From the NCBI GenBank assembly GCA_040879805.1, contig JBBDJP010000005.1:1-43938 (forward strand): 43,938 nt of DNA, given 5' to 3'. Both the position numbers and the translations under genes were made by a program. Of the stretch, positions 17,194 through 27,604 are shown piece by piece. Under the pieces are notes generated by a model, which saw nothing but the letters and a program-made list of their open reading frames with translations, ran no database searches and was not told the DNA's origin. This DNA comes from Candidatus Pacearchaeota archaeon (lineage in GTDB: Archaea > Nanobdellota > Nanobdellia > Pacearchaeales > GW2011-AR1). Numbering within the stretch: position 1 is the stretch's first letter; each line of letters begins with the position of its first letter.

Positions 17194-19053
17194 TTAATTT
17201 CCCATTTCCTTTAATTTCTTAAGAACTTCGTCAAGCTCCTTGTTAGCTCCCGATTTCCTTTCATCTTTTTTTGGATTGTTTGTAGGGTGTGTCCGAGGAA
17301 TTATTCTCCTTCTTAATACAGGCCTCCTTCCAGGAGAAGGACGAGGACCACTATAAGGTCCATATCCTGGAGGTCTTCTATGAGAACCTTCTCCAGAAGA
17401 CTTTCCTTTTGAACCTCCAAATTTAGATTTTACTTTGAGCCAAAAATTCCTTAATTTATCCCTAAATATTATCCCAAGAGTTACAAGAACAATCAAAATT
17501 AATAAAATCCAAATCCAAGTAAAATTTCTCTCGTTCTTAGGATCGTCTGTTGAAAGAACATAACATGTGTCTCCTGAGAAAGTACATGAATATTCTGCAG
17601 GGACTTCTCCGGTTCGTCCAGACCCAGGCCTACAAATCCCTCCTTGCTGTTCACATTCTGAAACCTCTGGTCCTTGAGAATCTTCACAAACTCCTCCTTC
17701 TACGCAACATCTAGAAGTGTCTTCTGCACTTACAAAATTTCCTCCCGAACATATTTGGCCTGAAGAACAAATTGACCCTCCTTTATCAAAACAAGTTTCT
17801 TGTTGAACTTGAACACTACAACAAACTGAAGAAAAAGAACCTGAACAAGTTAGATCTAGTATATCTCCTCCACATTGCCCTGATGGAACACAATAATTTC
17901 CAGAATCTTCACAACTAACTGGAGTTTGGCCTCCATTTCCTGTTCCAGACTTAAAGTCCTTTGGCCATAAAGATTCTAAAATAAATGCAGTATTCTTTAC
18001 ATTTCCAGAATCCCAGCAACCATCTGCTTCCTGAACATTAAGAAGCCATTCTTGAGAATTTGTTTTTTCTTGTAATGTCTCTGATTGGAATGGGTAAAGT
18101 GCAAGTGCTGTATCATAATATCTATCTCCTGAAACTTCCCAACGTTGGTCTCCAAGCTGTTTTGAGAGCAAAGAATCTCTATAACTTTCATCAGAGGTTA
18201 TTGAATATAAAAATGCTTCAGGCAATAATCTTCCATTATCTTCAGAAAGAGTGATTAGGTAAGGAAGATATGAAGAAACATCTTCTCCTAGCTTATCTAA
18301 AACAAATGCTGCCCAAAGGCTTCCTTCATAATTACATGCCCCTCCTTCTTCAAAACATAAGGACTCTACTCTCTCAGTTGTTATTCCTCCTGCCGAAGCT
18401 GAAGAAGAAGTTGGAAAAACATGAACTGTTGAAGAAAAAGTTTCTTTAAATAATAAATTAGTCAAAAAATCATTACCACAAGAAATTTCAAAATCAGTTT
18501 CATAATAGTTTGAATCAACCTTGAGCCAATAACCTTCTTCATCGATTGATAATCCTGGACCAGGATTTCCACTAATTGTCTTATCCTCGTTTAAAATTAT
18601 ACTGTAAGATCCTGCATATTGGATTGAACATTCTGTTGCTTCAGAGCTCTCTATTTGGATAAACCATGTAAGTTCAGGGGCATTCCTTGTTTGTGAAAGA
18701 AGCCATTCTTCATAAGAATCTGTGTTTGTCCCAACATGGTCAAGAGAAAGAACTGATATAGATGTTGTTTTCAAATTACAATTTCCTGAGGGCCAACATT
18801 CTTCATTAGAAGAGTCTTCAATAAGTTCATCCTCACAATGATTCACTGCCAACAATGAAAATGCTTTTTCTTCTGTTGAAAGAGCCGAACATTTTTCATC
18901 TACCTTATCTATTAAACAAGAATATGCTTTATCAATTGGATCTTCTGTTTCATTTTCCTGGGCTTGAACGAAAGAAAATGTGATTAAAATTATGAAGGCA
19001 AAAATAAATGTCTTTAACAACATTCTTCTAAAACCAGCAACCCTCTTTTCCAT
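17194..19053 (-). CDS. Surface protein: alpha/alpha-toroid (prenyltransferase-repeat-like) domain, Cys-rich repeats, TM, Pro/Arg-rich tail
   Basis: QEADGCWD and YDTALALY-type repeats; three Cys modules; TM at WIWILLILIVLV. Confidence 0.7.
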   Translation of the reverse strand: MEKRVAGFRRMLLKTFIFAFIILITFSFVQAQENETEDPIDKAYSCLIDKVDEKCSALSTEEKAFSLLAVNHCEDELIEDSSNEECWPSGNCNLKTTSISVLSLDHVGTNTDSYEEWLLSQTRNAPELTWFIQIESSEATECSIQYAGSYSIILNEDKTISGNPGPGLSIDEEGYWLKVDSNYYETDFEISCGNDFLTNLLFKETFSSTVHVFPTSSSASAGGITTERVESLCFEEGGACNYEGSLWAAFVLDKLGEDVSSYLPYLITLSEDNGRLLPEAFLYSITSDESYRDSLLSKQLGDQRWEVSGDRYYDTALALYPFQSETLQEKTNSQEWLLNVQEADGCWDSGNVKNTAFILESLWPKDFKSGTGNGGQTPVSCEDSGNYCVPSGQCGGDILDLTCSGSFSSVCCSVQVQQETCFDKGGSICSSGQICSGGNFVSAEDTSRCCVEGGVCEDSQGPEVSECEQQGGICRPGSGRTGEVPAEYSCTFSGDTCYVLSTDDPKNERNFTWIWILLILIVLVTLGIIFRDKLRNFWLKVKSKFGGSKGKSSGEGSHRRPPGYGPYSGPRPSPGRRPVLRRRIIPRTHPTNNPKKDERKSGANKELDEVLKKLKEMGN

Positions 19054-19064
19054 GTTTATTTTAG

Positions 19065-20420
19065 TTAATCCTTATTTTTAAAATTATCTTTGTTCTTGTT
19101 TTTCTTTATCTTATTTTTCTGTTTTGATTTTTTAGATTTTTTAGACTTTTTTTTAAAATCTTTCTGCTTATTTTTACTTGAAACATAATTAAGAGGGTTC
19201 TTGTATCTTAACTCTTCATCCGTAGGAGTTATTCCTATTCCCTTATAATAATCTTTATCATAGTTCGGAGGAGGAACAACTTTATTCCTATAACTCCAAA
19301 GTAGCTGTGATTTTATGTATCCTTCTTTAAGAGGGGCTTCATTCTTCTCGTTCCAATCTTTAATTCTCTTTTCAATTTCATCCTTATCCATGCCAATAGA
19401 TCTGAAAAAATTCAAAATAATAAATAATGCTCTTTTTCTCCCATCTCCTATTCCTTCAAGAATTTTTTTTATTGATGGAGGCATTATGTCTTCAGAGAGA
19501 TTTGTAACCTTGAGAGGTTTATATTCAATTCTCTCTTTTATTTTTTGATTTTCTTCCGGATTTTTATTTTTATACCAATCAAGAGCTTCCCTTAATAATT
19601 CGGTTGCCTCTCCTTCTTCTGCTTCAGGCATAAAATTCCTAACTTTTATTTTTAGAGGGTCTGCATCTTTAGGTTGAAAATCTCCAATCTTATCCGGATT
19701 TATAACTACGCTTGCCAAAGATGTTTTTTCATGTAAAGAGTAGGGCATTCTAAATAAGTGTCTAGAGGATACTAAAATTAAATCAGGAACAACCTCTTTT
19801 GGAGCTTCGAAATCTTTTATATATTTGTTCTGGCCAAATTCTTCTTTTGTTAAATCAGTCACTTTCTCTATTAGCTCTTTTTTAGAAACATTCATTATGA
19901 ACTGAGTTATTATTCTTGGCCATTCAGGAAACATATCAGAAGTCATCACTCCATTTATTTCTTTAGGGAAAGCTTTCCAAGGAACAATTATGTGAAATCC
20001 TTTGCTTCCTGAAAATTTTATTCCAAAATTTTTGACTCCATAAAATCTTAAGATATTTATAATTATTTTAGCCAGAATTTTACTATAATCCATGTATTTA
20101 CTATCGATGTCAAAAAGTAAATCCCACCCTTTTCTTAATTTGTTAAGTTGCTCCCTGTTTAAATCTGTTGAAATTTTTAGAGGATCTTCCCAAATTTCTT
20201 CACTACAGTGAAATGATGTTGCTCCTTTATTTACAAGGCTAAAAATATCTCCAGAGTACTGAAAAGTATCTGGTCTTTTTCCAAAACTCCTCATCATAAA
20301 ACTCGGAGCAATCTCTCTGTTCTTTGAAAAATTATAAATGGCATCCTGGATATCTTTTCTAGAATAATACAATGACTTTACATTGTCTATTCTTTGTTCT
20401 TTTACTGAGGACTTTTCCAT
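19065..20420 (-). CDS. Single-chain DNA primase (PriS catalytic domain fused to PriL-CTD/PriX-like domain)
   Basis: LLFDIDS, FSGSKGFHI, RHLFRMPYSLHEKT; C-terminal PPSIKKIL..DGRKRALF..NFF. Confidence 0.85.
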   Translation of the reverse strand: MEKSSVKEQRIDNVKSLYYSRKDIQDAIYNFSKNREIAPSFMMRSFGKRPDTFQYSGDIFSLVNKGATSFHCSEEIWEDPLKISTDLNREQLNKLRKGWDLLFDIDSKYMDYSKILAKIIINILRFYGVKNFGIKFSGSKGFHIIVPWKAFPKEINGVMTSDMFPEWPRIITQFIMNVSKKELIEKVTDLTKEEFGQNKYIKDFEAPKEVVPDLILVSSRHLFRMPYSLHEKTSLASVVINPDKIGDFQPKDADPLKIKVRNFMPEAEEGEATELLREALDWYKNKNPEENQKIKERIEYKPLKVTNLSEDIMPPSIKKILEGIGDGRKRALFIILNFFRSIGMDKDEIEKRIKDWNEKNEAPLKEGYIKSQLLWSYRNKVVPPPNYDKDYYKGIGITPTDEELRYKNPLNYVSSKNKQKDFKKKSKKSKKSKQKNKIKKNKNKDNFKNKD

Positions 20421-20511
20421 GATCTAAAAGAGCATGAAAGATTTATATAATTAATCTATTTATTGTTTACAGAATAGCAATGCTTAAAAGTAAAGTAAGT
20501 GTTTTTATAAT

Positions 20512-21237
20512 ATGTTAATAAGACTTGAAAATCCAAAACCGCTGTCAAGAGTCATAGATATAATCTCTGATTTAGTTACTGAGGTCCGAATTAAAGTGGA
20601 CGATTCTGGTTTTAGTATAACTGCAATGGATCCTGCAAATGTTGCATTAGTTAACTTTGTTTTACCAAAAAATTCTTTCACACAATTTGAAGCAGATACT
20701 GAAGTACTGGGAGTTAATTTGGAAAGTCTCAAAGGAATATTAAAGCGATGTGGTACAACAAGCACACTTACTTTGGAGAAAAAAGAGAATATTTTGAATA
20801 TTGGTATCCAAGACAGAATCAAAAGAGACTTTAAACTGAGTTTGATTGAAATTGATTCTGAAGAAAAAGAAATGCCAAAACTTGAGTTTGCTGCGGAAGT
20901 CGAATTAGCTTCCCAAGATCTTTCTGATTCAATTGAAGATTGTCTTGTAGTTGCAGATGCCTGTTCATTTAAAATAAAAGATAAAAAATTTGTTGTTGAA
21001 GCAAAAGGGTTGAACTCTGCAAGATCTGAATTTTCAGAAGACGAAGCAAGAATACATGCTGAAGATTGTAAATCTCGTTACAGCCTTGAATATCTTCAAA
21101 AATTTATAAAAGGTGCTAAACTTTCTGGAAAAACTATTTTAAAATTTGCTAATGATCATCCTTTAAGAATGGATATAAAGAATGATTTTCTAGAACTTTC
21201 ATTTCTTCTTGCACCTCGTGTTGAAACTGAAGATTAA
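20512..21237 (+). CDS. pcn: PCNA sliding clamp
   Basis: AMDPANVALV, SRYSLEYL, FLLAPRVE. Confidence 0.96.
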   Translation: MLIRLENPKPLSRVIDIISDLVTEVRIKVDDSGFSITAMDPANVALVNFVLPKNSFTQFEADTEVLGVNLESLKGILKRCGTTSTLTLEKKENILNIGIQDRIKRDFKLSLIEIDSEEKEMPKLEFAAEVELASQDLSDSIEDCLVVADACSFKIKDKKFVVEAKGLNSARSEFSEDEARIHAEDCKSRYSLEYLQKFIKGAKLSGKTILKFANDHPLRMDIKNDFLELSFLLAPRVETED

Positions 21238-21310
21238 AACCTAAATAAAGGGTAAATGATTTAGAAAAAATCCTAACAAGATTTATAAATAAAATTTTCC
21301 TATAAAACCT

Positions 21311-22135
21311 ATGATTAAAAGGGGGGATTTTAGTAAATATCTTAGTCTTAAGAAAGGTCAAGTAACTCTTTTTATTATAATTGCAATTTTGATTGTTGGA
21401 GGTATAGCTTTGTTTCTCTTTTTGTCTCCAGATATAGGAAGTGAAGGCGTGCAATTTGATGAGCAAAATCCTCAGATTTTTATGCAAACTTGTTTAGAAG
21501 ATGATTTAATAGAAACTATAGATGTGATTTCTCTTCAAGGAGGAAGTATGAACTCTGAACACTCTATCAGGTATGATGGGATGAATGTAGAATATTTATG
21601 TTACACTAGTGAGTATCTTGTCCCTTGTAAAATTAGTAGAATCAATTTAAAAGACCATATGGAATCTGAAATAGAGAACGAAATAAGAAATAATGTAGGA
21701 ACTTGTTTTGATTCACTTATAGAAAGCTACCAAGAAAGAGGATATGCAGTTCAAGAAAACAGAGGACTAACAAGTATTGAGATTCTTCCTAAAAGAATAG
21801 ATGTAAATTTAGAAGAATATGATTTGACAGTTTCTAGAGATGGAACTGAAAGGTTTGAAAATTTTAATATGATTTTAAACAATAATCTTTATGAACGTAT
21901 AAATATTGCTAATGATATTATTGATTGGGAAGCGACAAATGGAAAATTTTCGAAAGCTCTTGCATATGAAATGATTTATACTGGAACAAAAATTGAGATA
22001 CAAGGACAGGAAGATGGTTCAAGAATTTATGTTTTATCAGATAGAGAAACTGGCGAAACGCTCCAGTTTGCAGTAAGAAGTGTTGCAAGAGGTCCTGGAT
22101 ATGAGGAAGTTCCAATAATATATGGAGAAGAATAA
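21311..22135 (+). CDS. Class III signal-peptide (pilin-like) protein
   Basis: LKKG|QVTLFIIIAILIVGGIALFLFL. Confidence 0.75.
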   Translation: MIKRGDFSKYLSLKKGQVTLFIIIAILIVGGIALFLFLSPDIGSEGVQFDEQNPQIFMQTCLEDDLIETIDVISLQGGSMNSEHSIRYDGMNVEYLCYTSEYLVPCKISRINLKDHMESEIENEIRNNVGTCFDSLIESYQERGYAVQENRGLTSIEILPKRIDVNLEEYDLTVSRDGTERFENFNMILNNNLYERINIANDIIDWEATNGKFSKALAYEMIYTGTKIEIQGQEDGSRIYVLSDRETGETLQFAVRSVARGPGYEEVPIIYGEE

Positions 22136-23939
22136 AATGAAAAGAATAAAATTAAGTTTAACTATTTTTTTAGGAATCTTTTTACTTGGTGTTCTATTAA
22201 TAATTAACTTGAATCTTGTAAATGCTGAGCTAGAATCTTTTTATTGTGCAGAAAGAACTCTTGATGGCGCATGGTGTCAGAATGTTCCTCTTGATGAAGT
22301 CGATGAAGATTATGATTACCTTCCCACTTCTTGTGACTCTACTGATTTTTGTAGAACTGGAACTTGTGTGAATCCTAATGAAGGTGCTTGTAGGCCTAAT
22401 GTTCCTCAAAGAGTTTGTGAGGCTGATGGAGGTGTCTGGGATGAAAGGCCAAGAGAAGAAATAAATAGATGTCAATTAGGATGTTGTTATATTGGAAGTG
22501 GAGCTTCTTTTGTTACACAAACAAAATGTTCAAGCCTTTCTGGAGAATATGGAATAGAAATAGAGGAATTTAATCCTAACATAAAAAATTCTGGGCAATG
22601 TCTTGCAAGTGCATTTCCTGAAGATGAAGGTGCTTGTACTTCTGATGATGGGTTTGTAACAAGTTGTGAAATGTTGACTAGTGAAAGATGTGAAAGTAGG
22701 ATATCTAGCTCTGGAGAGGATGTAATTGTAGAATTTCATCGAGGTGAATTGTGTACCTCACCTAGATTAGACACTATTTGTAGTCCAACTGAAAGAACAA
22801 CTCTTGTAGATAATAAAGATGGTGTCTTTTTTTTAGATAGTTGTGGAAATGTTGCAAATATTTATGATGCAACTAGGCAAGATGATCCAACCTACTGGGA
22901 AACTATAATTTCTGAGGGTGATAGCTGCTCTCTTGATAATGACTTGTCTAATTCAAATGCTTGTGGAAATTGTAATGTTTTTGACGGAAGTATTGGAAAA
23001 ATATATGATAGAAATAATAATCAAATGTTTCCAAATCCTCCGATTATGGGAAACTATATGTGTGCTGATTTGAGTTGTAAAAGTGGTAAATTTGCAGAAG
23101 ATTTTAGGGATAGGTTTGGAAGATGGGCTCAACAAGGAGAGTCATGGTGTGGAAATACTGCACTACAAGGATTTGAAAATACTCCTGGAAGTGAACATTC
23201 TAGGTTTGAATGTTCTTTCGGAGAGGTTGAAGCAGAATCTGGAGATCCATTCAGACAAACAATATGTTCTGAAACAGAGTTTGTAATTGAAGGTCAAGAA
23301 GAAGGATTCAAAACAGGTAATTTTAGGCCAAATAGGTGGCATGATTGTACTATTACAACTACTCAAGAAGATTGTGAAGATATTCAATCAAGAGATTGTG
23401 AGTGGGTCGAAGGTGAAACTCTTGGGTTGCTTCATGTAGATGACGATGGATTAAAATTAGTGGTTAATGAGGATGGAGAACTTGTTTCAAGAGATCAAAC
23501 TAATAGTAAAACTGGTGCTGCATGTATTCCAAAATATCCTGTAGGAACTTTCTTCTGGGAGCCCGAAACACGAAAAGAAATCCTTCAAGGAGAAAGCTCT
23601 GGACAACTTTGTATGATTGGAGGTGATTTTTGTGTTGCAAGATTTGAAAGAACTAGAATAGCAGGAATACTTGGTGAAGATTTTAAGTGTGTAGAAAATT
23701 GTGATTGTGTTGGATTGGATGAAGGAGATTCAAGACCTGGCAGAACTTCTGCAGAAAATAGTATCTTTAATAGCGATTGGTTTGAACACAGAAATGATAT
23801 GTGTGTTGCATTAGGAGATTGTGGACTAATTGAAAATTATATTGGAGAACAAGGTAGATGGAGTGAAGATGATTTAGTACAATACAATCGTGATATTGAT
23901 GAAAACTTTGAACCAGAATTTGAAGGTGATGAAGAATAA
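22122..23939 (+). CDS. Large secreted Cys-rich acidic protein
   Basis: Sec signal ending VNA|EL; about 37 Cys by hand count; start may be ATG 22137. Confidence 0.8.
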   Translation: MEKNKMKRIKLSLTIFLGIFLLGVLLIINLNLVNAELESFYCAERTLDGAWCQNVPLDEVDEDYDYLPTSCDSTDFCRTGTCVNPNEGACRPNVPQRVCEADGGVWDERPREEINRCQLGCCYIGSGASFVTQTKCSSLSGEYGIEIEEFNPNIKNSGQCLASAFPEDEGACTSDDGFVTSCEMLTSERCESRISSSGEDVIVEFHRGELCTSPRLDTICSPTERTTLVDNKDGVFFLDSCGNVANIYDATRQDDPTYWETIISEGDSCSLDNDLSNSNACGNCNVFDGSIGKIYDRNNNQMFPNPPIMGNYMCADLSCKSGKFAEDFRDRFGRWAQQGESWCGNTALQGFENTPGSEHSRFECSFGEVEAESGDPFRQTICSETEFVIEGQEEGFKTGNFRPNRWHDCTITTTQEDCEDIQSRDCEWVEGETLGLLHVDDDGLKLVVNEDGELVSRDQTNSKTGAACIPKYPVGTFFWEPETRKEILQGESSGQLCMIGGDFCVARFERTRIAGILGEDFKCVENCDCVGLDEGDSRPGRTSAENSIFNSDWFEHRNDMCVALGDCGLIENYIGEQGRWSEDDLVQYNRDIDENFEPEFEGDEE

Positions 23940-23959
23940 TAAATTATAAAATTTACAAA

Positions 23960-26125
23960 ATGAAAAAGGATAAAATTTTAAAAAGAAAATTTAGAGGCAG
24001 CATGGCCATAGGTGAAATAGCAATTCTCATAATAAGTGTTATTGCTTTTTCATATCTTCTTGGAGGGAGTATTCCTTCCGTAGATGCACAAACATTTGAG
24101 GGTTCTGTTACTAATCCAGGAAGACTAACAGAACTAGCTAATGAACCTTTTCCATTTAAGATTGGACCTGTAAGCCAAACAATAAAGACAACCACAGCAT
24201 CAGAGACAGCAAAACTGACTGCAAGAGAAATGTTCAGTGCTACACCTAATACTGCTGGAGGTTGGGGTTATCTTGGATATGGTTTAATACATTTAGGATA
24301 TGCTTTCGGAATATACTCTTTAGCAGGAATACTTGGAGATAGGATGGACTTGACAGATAGAGATAAAAGTATTTTACAATGGTCTTCTGCAGGGGCATAT
24401 TTAGCAGGTGCAATAATCACAAAAATTGCAGTTGTTCAAGGATCTAGCTCTTGGCTTTTAACGACAAGTGTTTCTTTTCTTGGACTCTCAGTTCTTGGTT
24501 TAATTGGTATGGGTGTAGCTATTCTTCTCACTCTTCTTTTTAGCTCAGTTTCAAAAAATGACTCTGTTACATTTTCATGCCTGCCTTGGGATGCTCCAAC
24601 AAATGGAGATAATTGTGAAGTGTGTAATGATGAAGATATTCCTTGTACTGAATATAGGTGTATGAGTCTAGGAACTCATTGTGAATATTTGAAAGAAGAA
24701 AGATTATGTGTCTTTGACGATGCTATTGATACTAATCCTGTGGTAATTGAACCTAATGAAGATGTTTTAACTCAGGGCTACACATACACTCCAGATAATG
24801 TTGTTTCTCCTCCAAACAGAGGTGTGAAAATAGTTCCTGAAGAAAACTTGAATGGGTGTGTTTCTCCATTCACTCCTTTGAAATTTGGAGTTAACCTTTT
24901 CAATGATACTTCACTTGAAGAACCAAGACCTGCAAGATGTAAACTAAGTTCAGAAAGACCTGATGATTTTGACGACATGAATATTTGGTTGAGCAATGGA
25001 CTAGTCTCTTATGATCACTCTTTCCAAATGAATATTCCCAGTATAGATTCATTAAGTGCTGAAAATATTTCTCTGAGGGAAGGGGGAGAATTTTCAGTAT
25101 ATTTAAGATGTGAGACAAGACAAGGATATCGAAATACAAATGATTTTATCTTTAATTTCTGTGTTGATGATGGTCCAAATACTTGGGAGCCCGAAATAAC
25201 TAGAACAAGTATAGTAAATAACTCTTTTATTTCTCATTTCTCAGAAGAAGAAGAAAGAGAAGTTGATGTAACTATCTTTACAAGTGAGCCTTCCCAATGT
25301 AGATGGAATAGGGGAAATCCTTTAGCATATGAAGACATGCCTGAAGAAAATCAAATAAATTGTCCTGCTAGTCTTAGTGCTACAAGAATGGAATCTCAAG
25401 GAGATTATAGGTGTGAAGGAACAACTCTTAAAGGTTTATTGAATAATCAGAACAATGATTATTACATCAGTTGTATTGATCAACCTCACTTAGAAGGGAC
25501 CGAAGAAGAACATGATCGAAACTCAATGCAAGTCCCATATCACTTTAGATTAAGAGGCACTGAACCTTTGGTAATTTCTTCTTCAAGTCCAAATAATGTT
25601 TCCCTTGTAGATTCTACTCAATTAATTAGAGTTAACCTTGAAGTTGAGACTTTTGCAGGGGCAGACAGAGGTAATGCAATCTGTTCCTTTAGTCCTTCTG
25701 GTGAAAATAAATTTGTAAGATTCTTTGAAACTGGGACTCATGAACATAAACAACCATTAGATCATCCTGAGGGAGATTATTCTTATGATATTAGGTGTAC
25801 TGATGATGGAGGAAATTCTGACTCAACTCAAATAAACTTCACTGTTGAAACGGATACAACAGCTCCAAGAGTAGTTAGAGTCTTTAAAGAAAGTAATAAC
25901 CTTAAGATTATAACTAACGAAGGTGGAAAATGTGTTTATGATACTGTAAGTTGTAATTATAATTTTGAAGTTGGAATTGGAATGAGTTCAAGCAATTCAG
26001 ACAAATCTCATACTACAGGATGGGATGCAAATAAAAACTTCTATATAAAATGTGAAGATGAGTTTGGAAATAGGCCTGCACCAAATCAATGTAGTATTAC
26101 TGTAAGACCTTTTGATGTTGCTTAA
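23960..26125 (+). CDS. Large membrane-anchored Cys-rich/Ig-like protein with class III-like N-terminus
   Basis: KRKFRG|SMAIGEIAILII; several TM segments near aa 100-195; Cys cluster; DTTAP Ig-like repeats. Confidence 0.75.
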   Translation: MKKDKILKRKFRGSMAIGEIAILIISVIAFSYLLGGSIPSVDAQTFEGSVTNPGRLTELANEPFPFKIGPVSQTIKTTTASETAKLTAREMFSATPNTAGGWGYLGYGLIHLGYAFGIYSLAGILGDRMDLTDRDKSILQWSSAGAYLAGAIITKIAVVQGSSSWLLTTSVSFLGLSVLGLIGMGVAILLTLLFSSVSKNDSVTFSCLPWDAPTNGDNCEVCNDEDIPCTEYRCMSLGTHCEYLKEERLCVFDDAIDTNPVVIEPNEDVLTQGYTYTPDNVVSPPNRGVKIVPEENLNGCVSPFTPLKFGVNLFNDTSLEEPRPARCKLSSERPDDFDDMNIWLSNGLVSYDHSFQMNIPSIDSLSAENISLREGGEFSVYLRCETRQGYRNTNDFIFNFCVDDGPNTWEPEITRTSIVNNSFISHFSEEEEREVDVTIFTSEPSQCRWNRGNPLAYEDMPEENQINCPASLSATRMESQGDYRCEGTTLKGLLNNQNNDYYISCIDQPHLEGTEEEHDRNSMQVPYHFRLRGTEPLVISSSSPNNVSLVDSTQLIRVNLEVETFAGADRGNAICSFSPSGENKFVRFFETGTHEHKQPLDHPEGDYSYDIRCTDDGGNSDSTQINFTVETDTTAPRVVRVFKESNNLKIITNEGGKCVYDTVSCNYNFEVGIGMSSSNSDKSHTTGWDANKNFYIKCEDEFGNRPAPNQCSITVRPFDVA

Positions 26126-26165
26126 TCAAGGATAAATTAATAAACTTATTTTTTCTTTCAGTTTT

Positions 26166-26666
26166 ATGAATAAAAAGGGGCAAATTAAGATATCTTTTGG
26201 CATGATTTTTTCTGTAATAATGATTGTCATTTTCTTGGTCTTTGCTTTTTATGCAATAAGAACTTTTTTTGGAATACAAGAAACAGCACAAACTGGAAAA
26301 TTTATTGATGACTTACAATCTGATGTAAACACAATATGGAGAAGTACTGAAGGATCTCAAGAAAGAACTTATAGACTTTCTAAAAAAATTAGTCATGTTT
26401 GTTTTGGTGATTTTGAACGAGATGGGACTGGGCCTAGACAATCAATTTATGGAGAGCTTGAATTTAATTATTTTGGAAGTGAAAATATTTTCTTCTACCC
26501 TACTGAATCTTCAAATCCAGGATCTTTTGAAATTAAGAATGTTGATATTTTAGAAATAACTCTTAATGAAAATCCTTATTGTATTGACAATGAAGATGGG
26601 ACTCTTGAATTAGTTCTTATCAAGGACTTTGGAGAGCCACTTGTTAAAATAGAGAGGGCAAACTGA
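26166..26666 (+). CDS. Class III signal-peptide (pilin-like) protein
   Basis: MNKKG|QIKISFGMIFSVIMIVIFLVFAF. Confidence 0.8.
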   Translation: MNKKGQIKISFGMIFSVIMIVIFLVFAFYAIRTFFGIQETAQTGKFIDDLQSDVNTIWRSTEGSQERTYRLSKKISHVCFGDFERDGTGPRQSIYGELEFNYFGSENIFFYPTESSNPGSFEIKNVDILEITLNENPYCIDNEDGTLELVLIKDFGEPLVKIERAN

Positions 26667-27604
26667 TGATTATAAAAAATAAATCTGGATTTCAAATGTC
26701 TTTTGCTTGGATTTTTGCAATAATTGTGGGAGTTTTCATACTTTTTTTAGCAATATATGGAGTTACTCAGTTCTCAGATACTGGTGAAGATGTTTCTGAT
26801 ATAAGTGCTGGGTCTGAAATAGGTGGAATTTTGAGTGCTTTGGAAACTGGAGTCGAATCTGGACAGGTGACTTCTCTTAGAATGCCGTTAGAAACGAGAA
26901 TTATAAACGGATGTAATCCTGAAGGAACTTTTGGAACTCAATCTATAGGAATATCTCAAAAAAATCGTGGGAGTTGGAGTGAATCTGACCTTGAAGTTAC
27001 TTTTAGAGATAAATATCTTTTTTCAGAAAGAAATGTTCAGGGAAGATCTTTTTTCTTTTTCTCAAAACCATTTGAACTTCCTTTTGAAGTTGCAGATCTT
27101 ACTTATGTAACATCTTCTGAAGACAATTATTGCTTTGTAGATGCTCCTGAAAATATTAAAGAGGAACTTGAAAACCTTGGACAAGAAAATATGTTCACCG
27201 AAGATTCTTTTGATAGTTGTCAAGAAACTAGTATAAAAGTTTGTTTTGAAAATTTTGGAGAAGATTGTGAGGTTGAAGTTGATTATCTTTCCGGAAAAGT
27301 TGTTAAGAACAGAGAAAGTGTTTATTTTGAAACGGACTCTCTTATGTATGCTGCCATTTTTTCAGAACCTCAATATTATGAATGTCAGGTTGAAAGACTA
27401 ATTAAGAAAACAGATGAACTTTCTTCAATTTATGAGAGTAAAGCAAATATTATTTCTGCAGAGGGTTGTAATTCAAATGTAGATCTTGGCTCTTTTAGAA
27501 ATTTATTGGGAAATTATAGAGACTCTTCAAATCTTTTGGATATTGCAATAACTGCAAATAATATAGATTCTCAAAATTCTAGAGAGAGATGTAAATTATG
27601 GTAA
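26666..27604 (+). CDS. Class III signal-peptide (pilin-like) protein
   Basis: KNKSG|FQMSFAWIFAIIVGVFILFLAI; TGATG coupling. Confidence 0.75.
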   Translation: MIIKNKSGFQMSFAWIFAIIVGVFILFLAIYGVTQFSDTGEDVSDISAGSEIGGILSALETGVESGQVTSLRMPLETRIINGCNPEGTFGTQSIGISQKNRGSWSESDLEVTFRDKYLFSERNVQGRSFFFFSKPFELPFEVADLTYVTSSEDNYCFVDAPENIKEELENLGQENMFTEDSFDSCQETSIKVCFENFGEDCEVEVDYLSGKVVKNRESVYFETDSLMYAAIFSEPQYYECQVERLIKKTDELSSIYESKANIISAEGCNSNVDLGSFRNLLGNYRDSSNLLDIAITANNIDSQNSRERCKLW

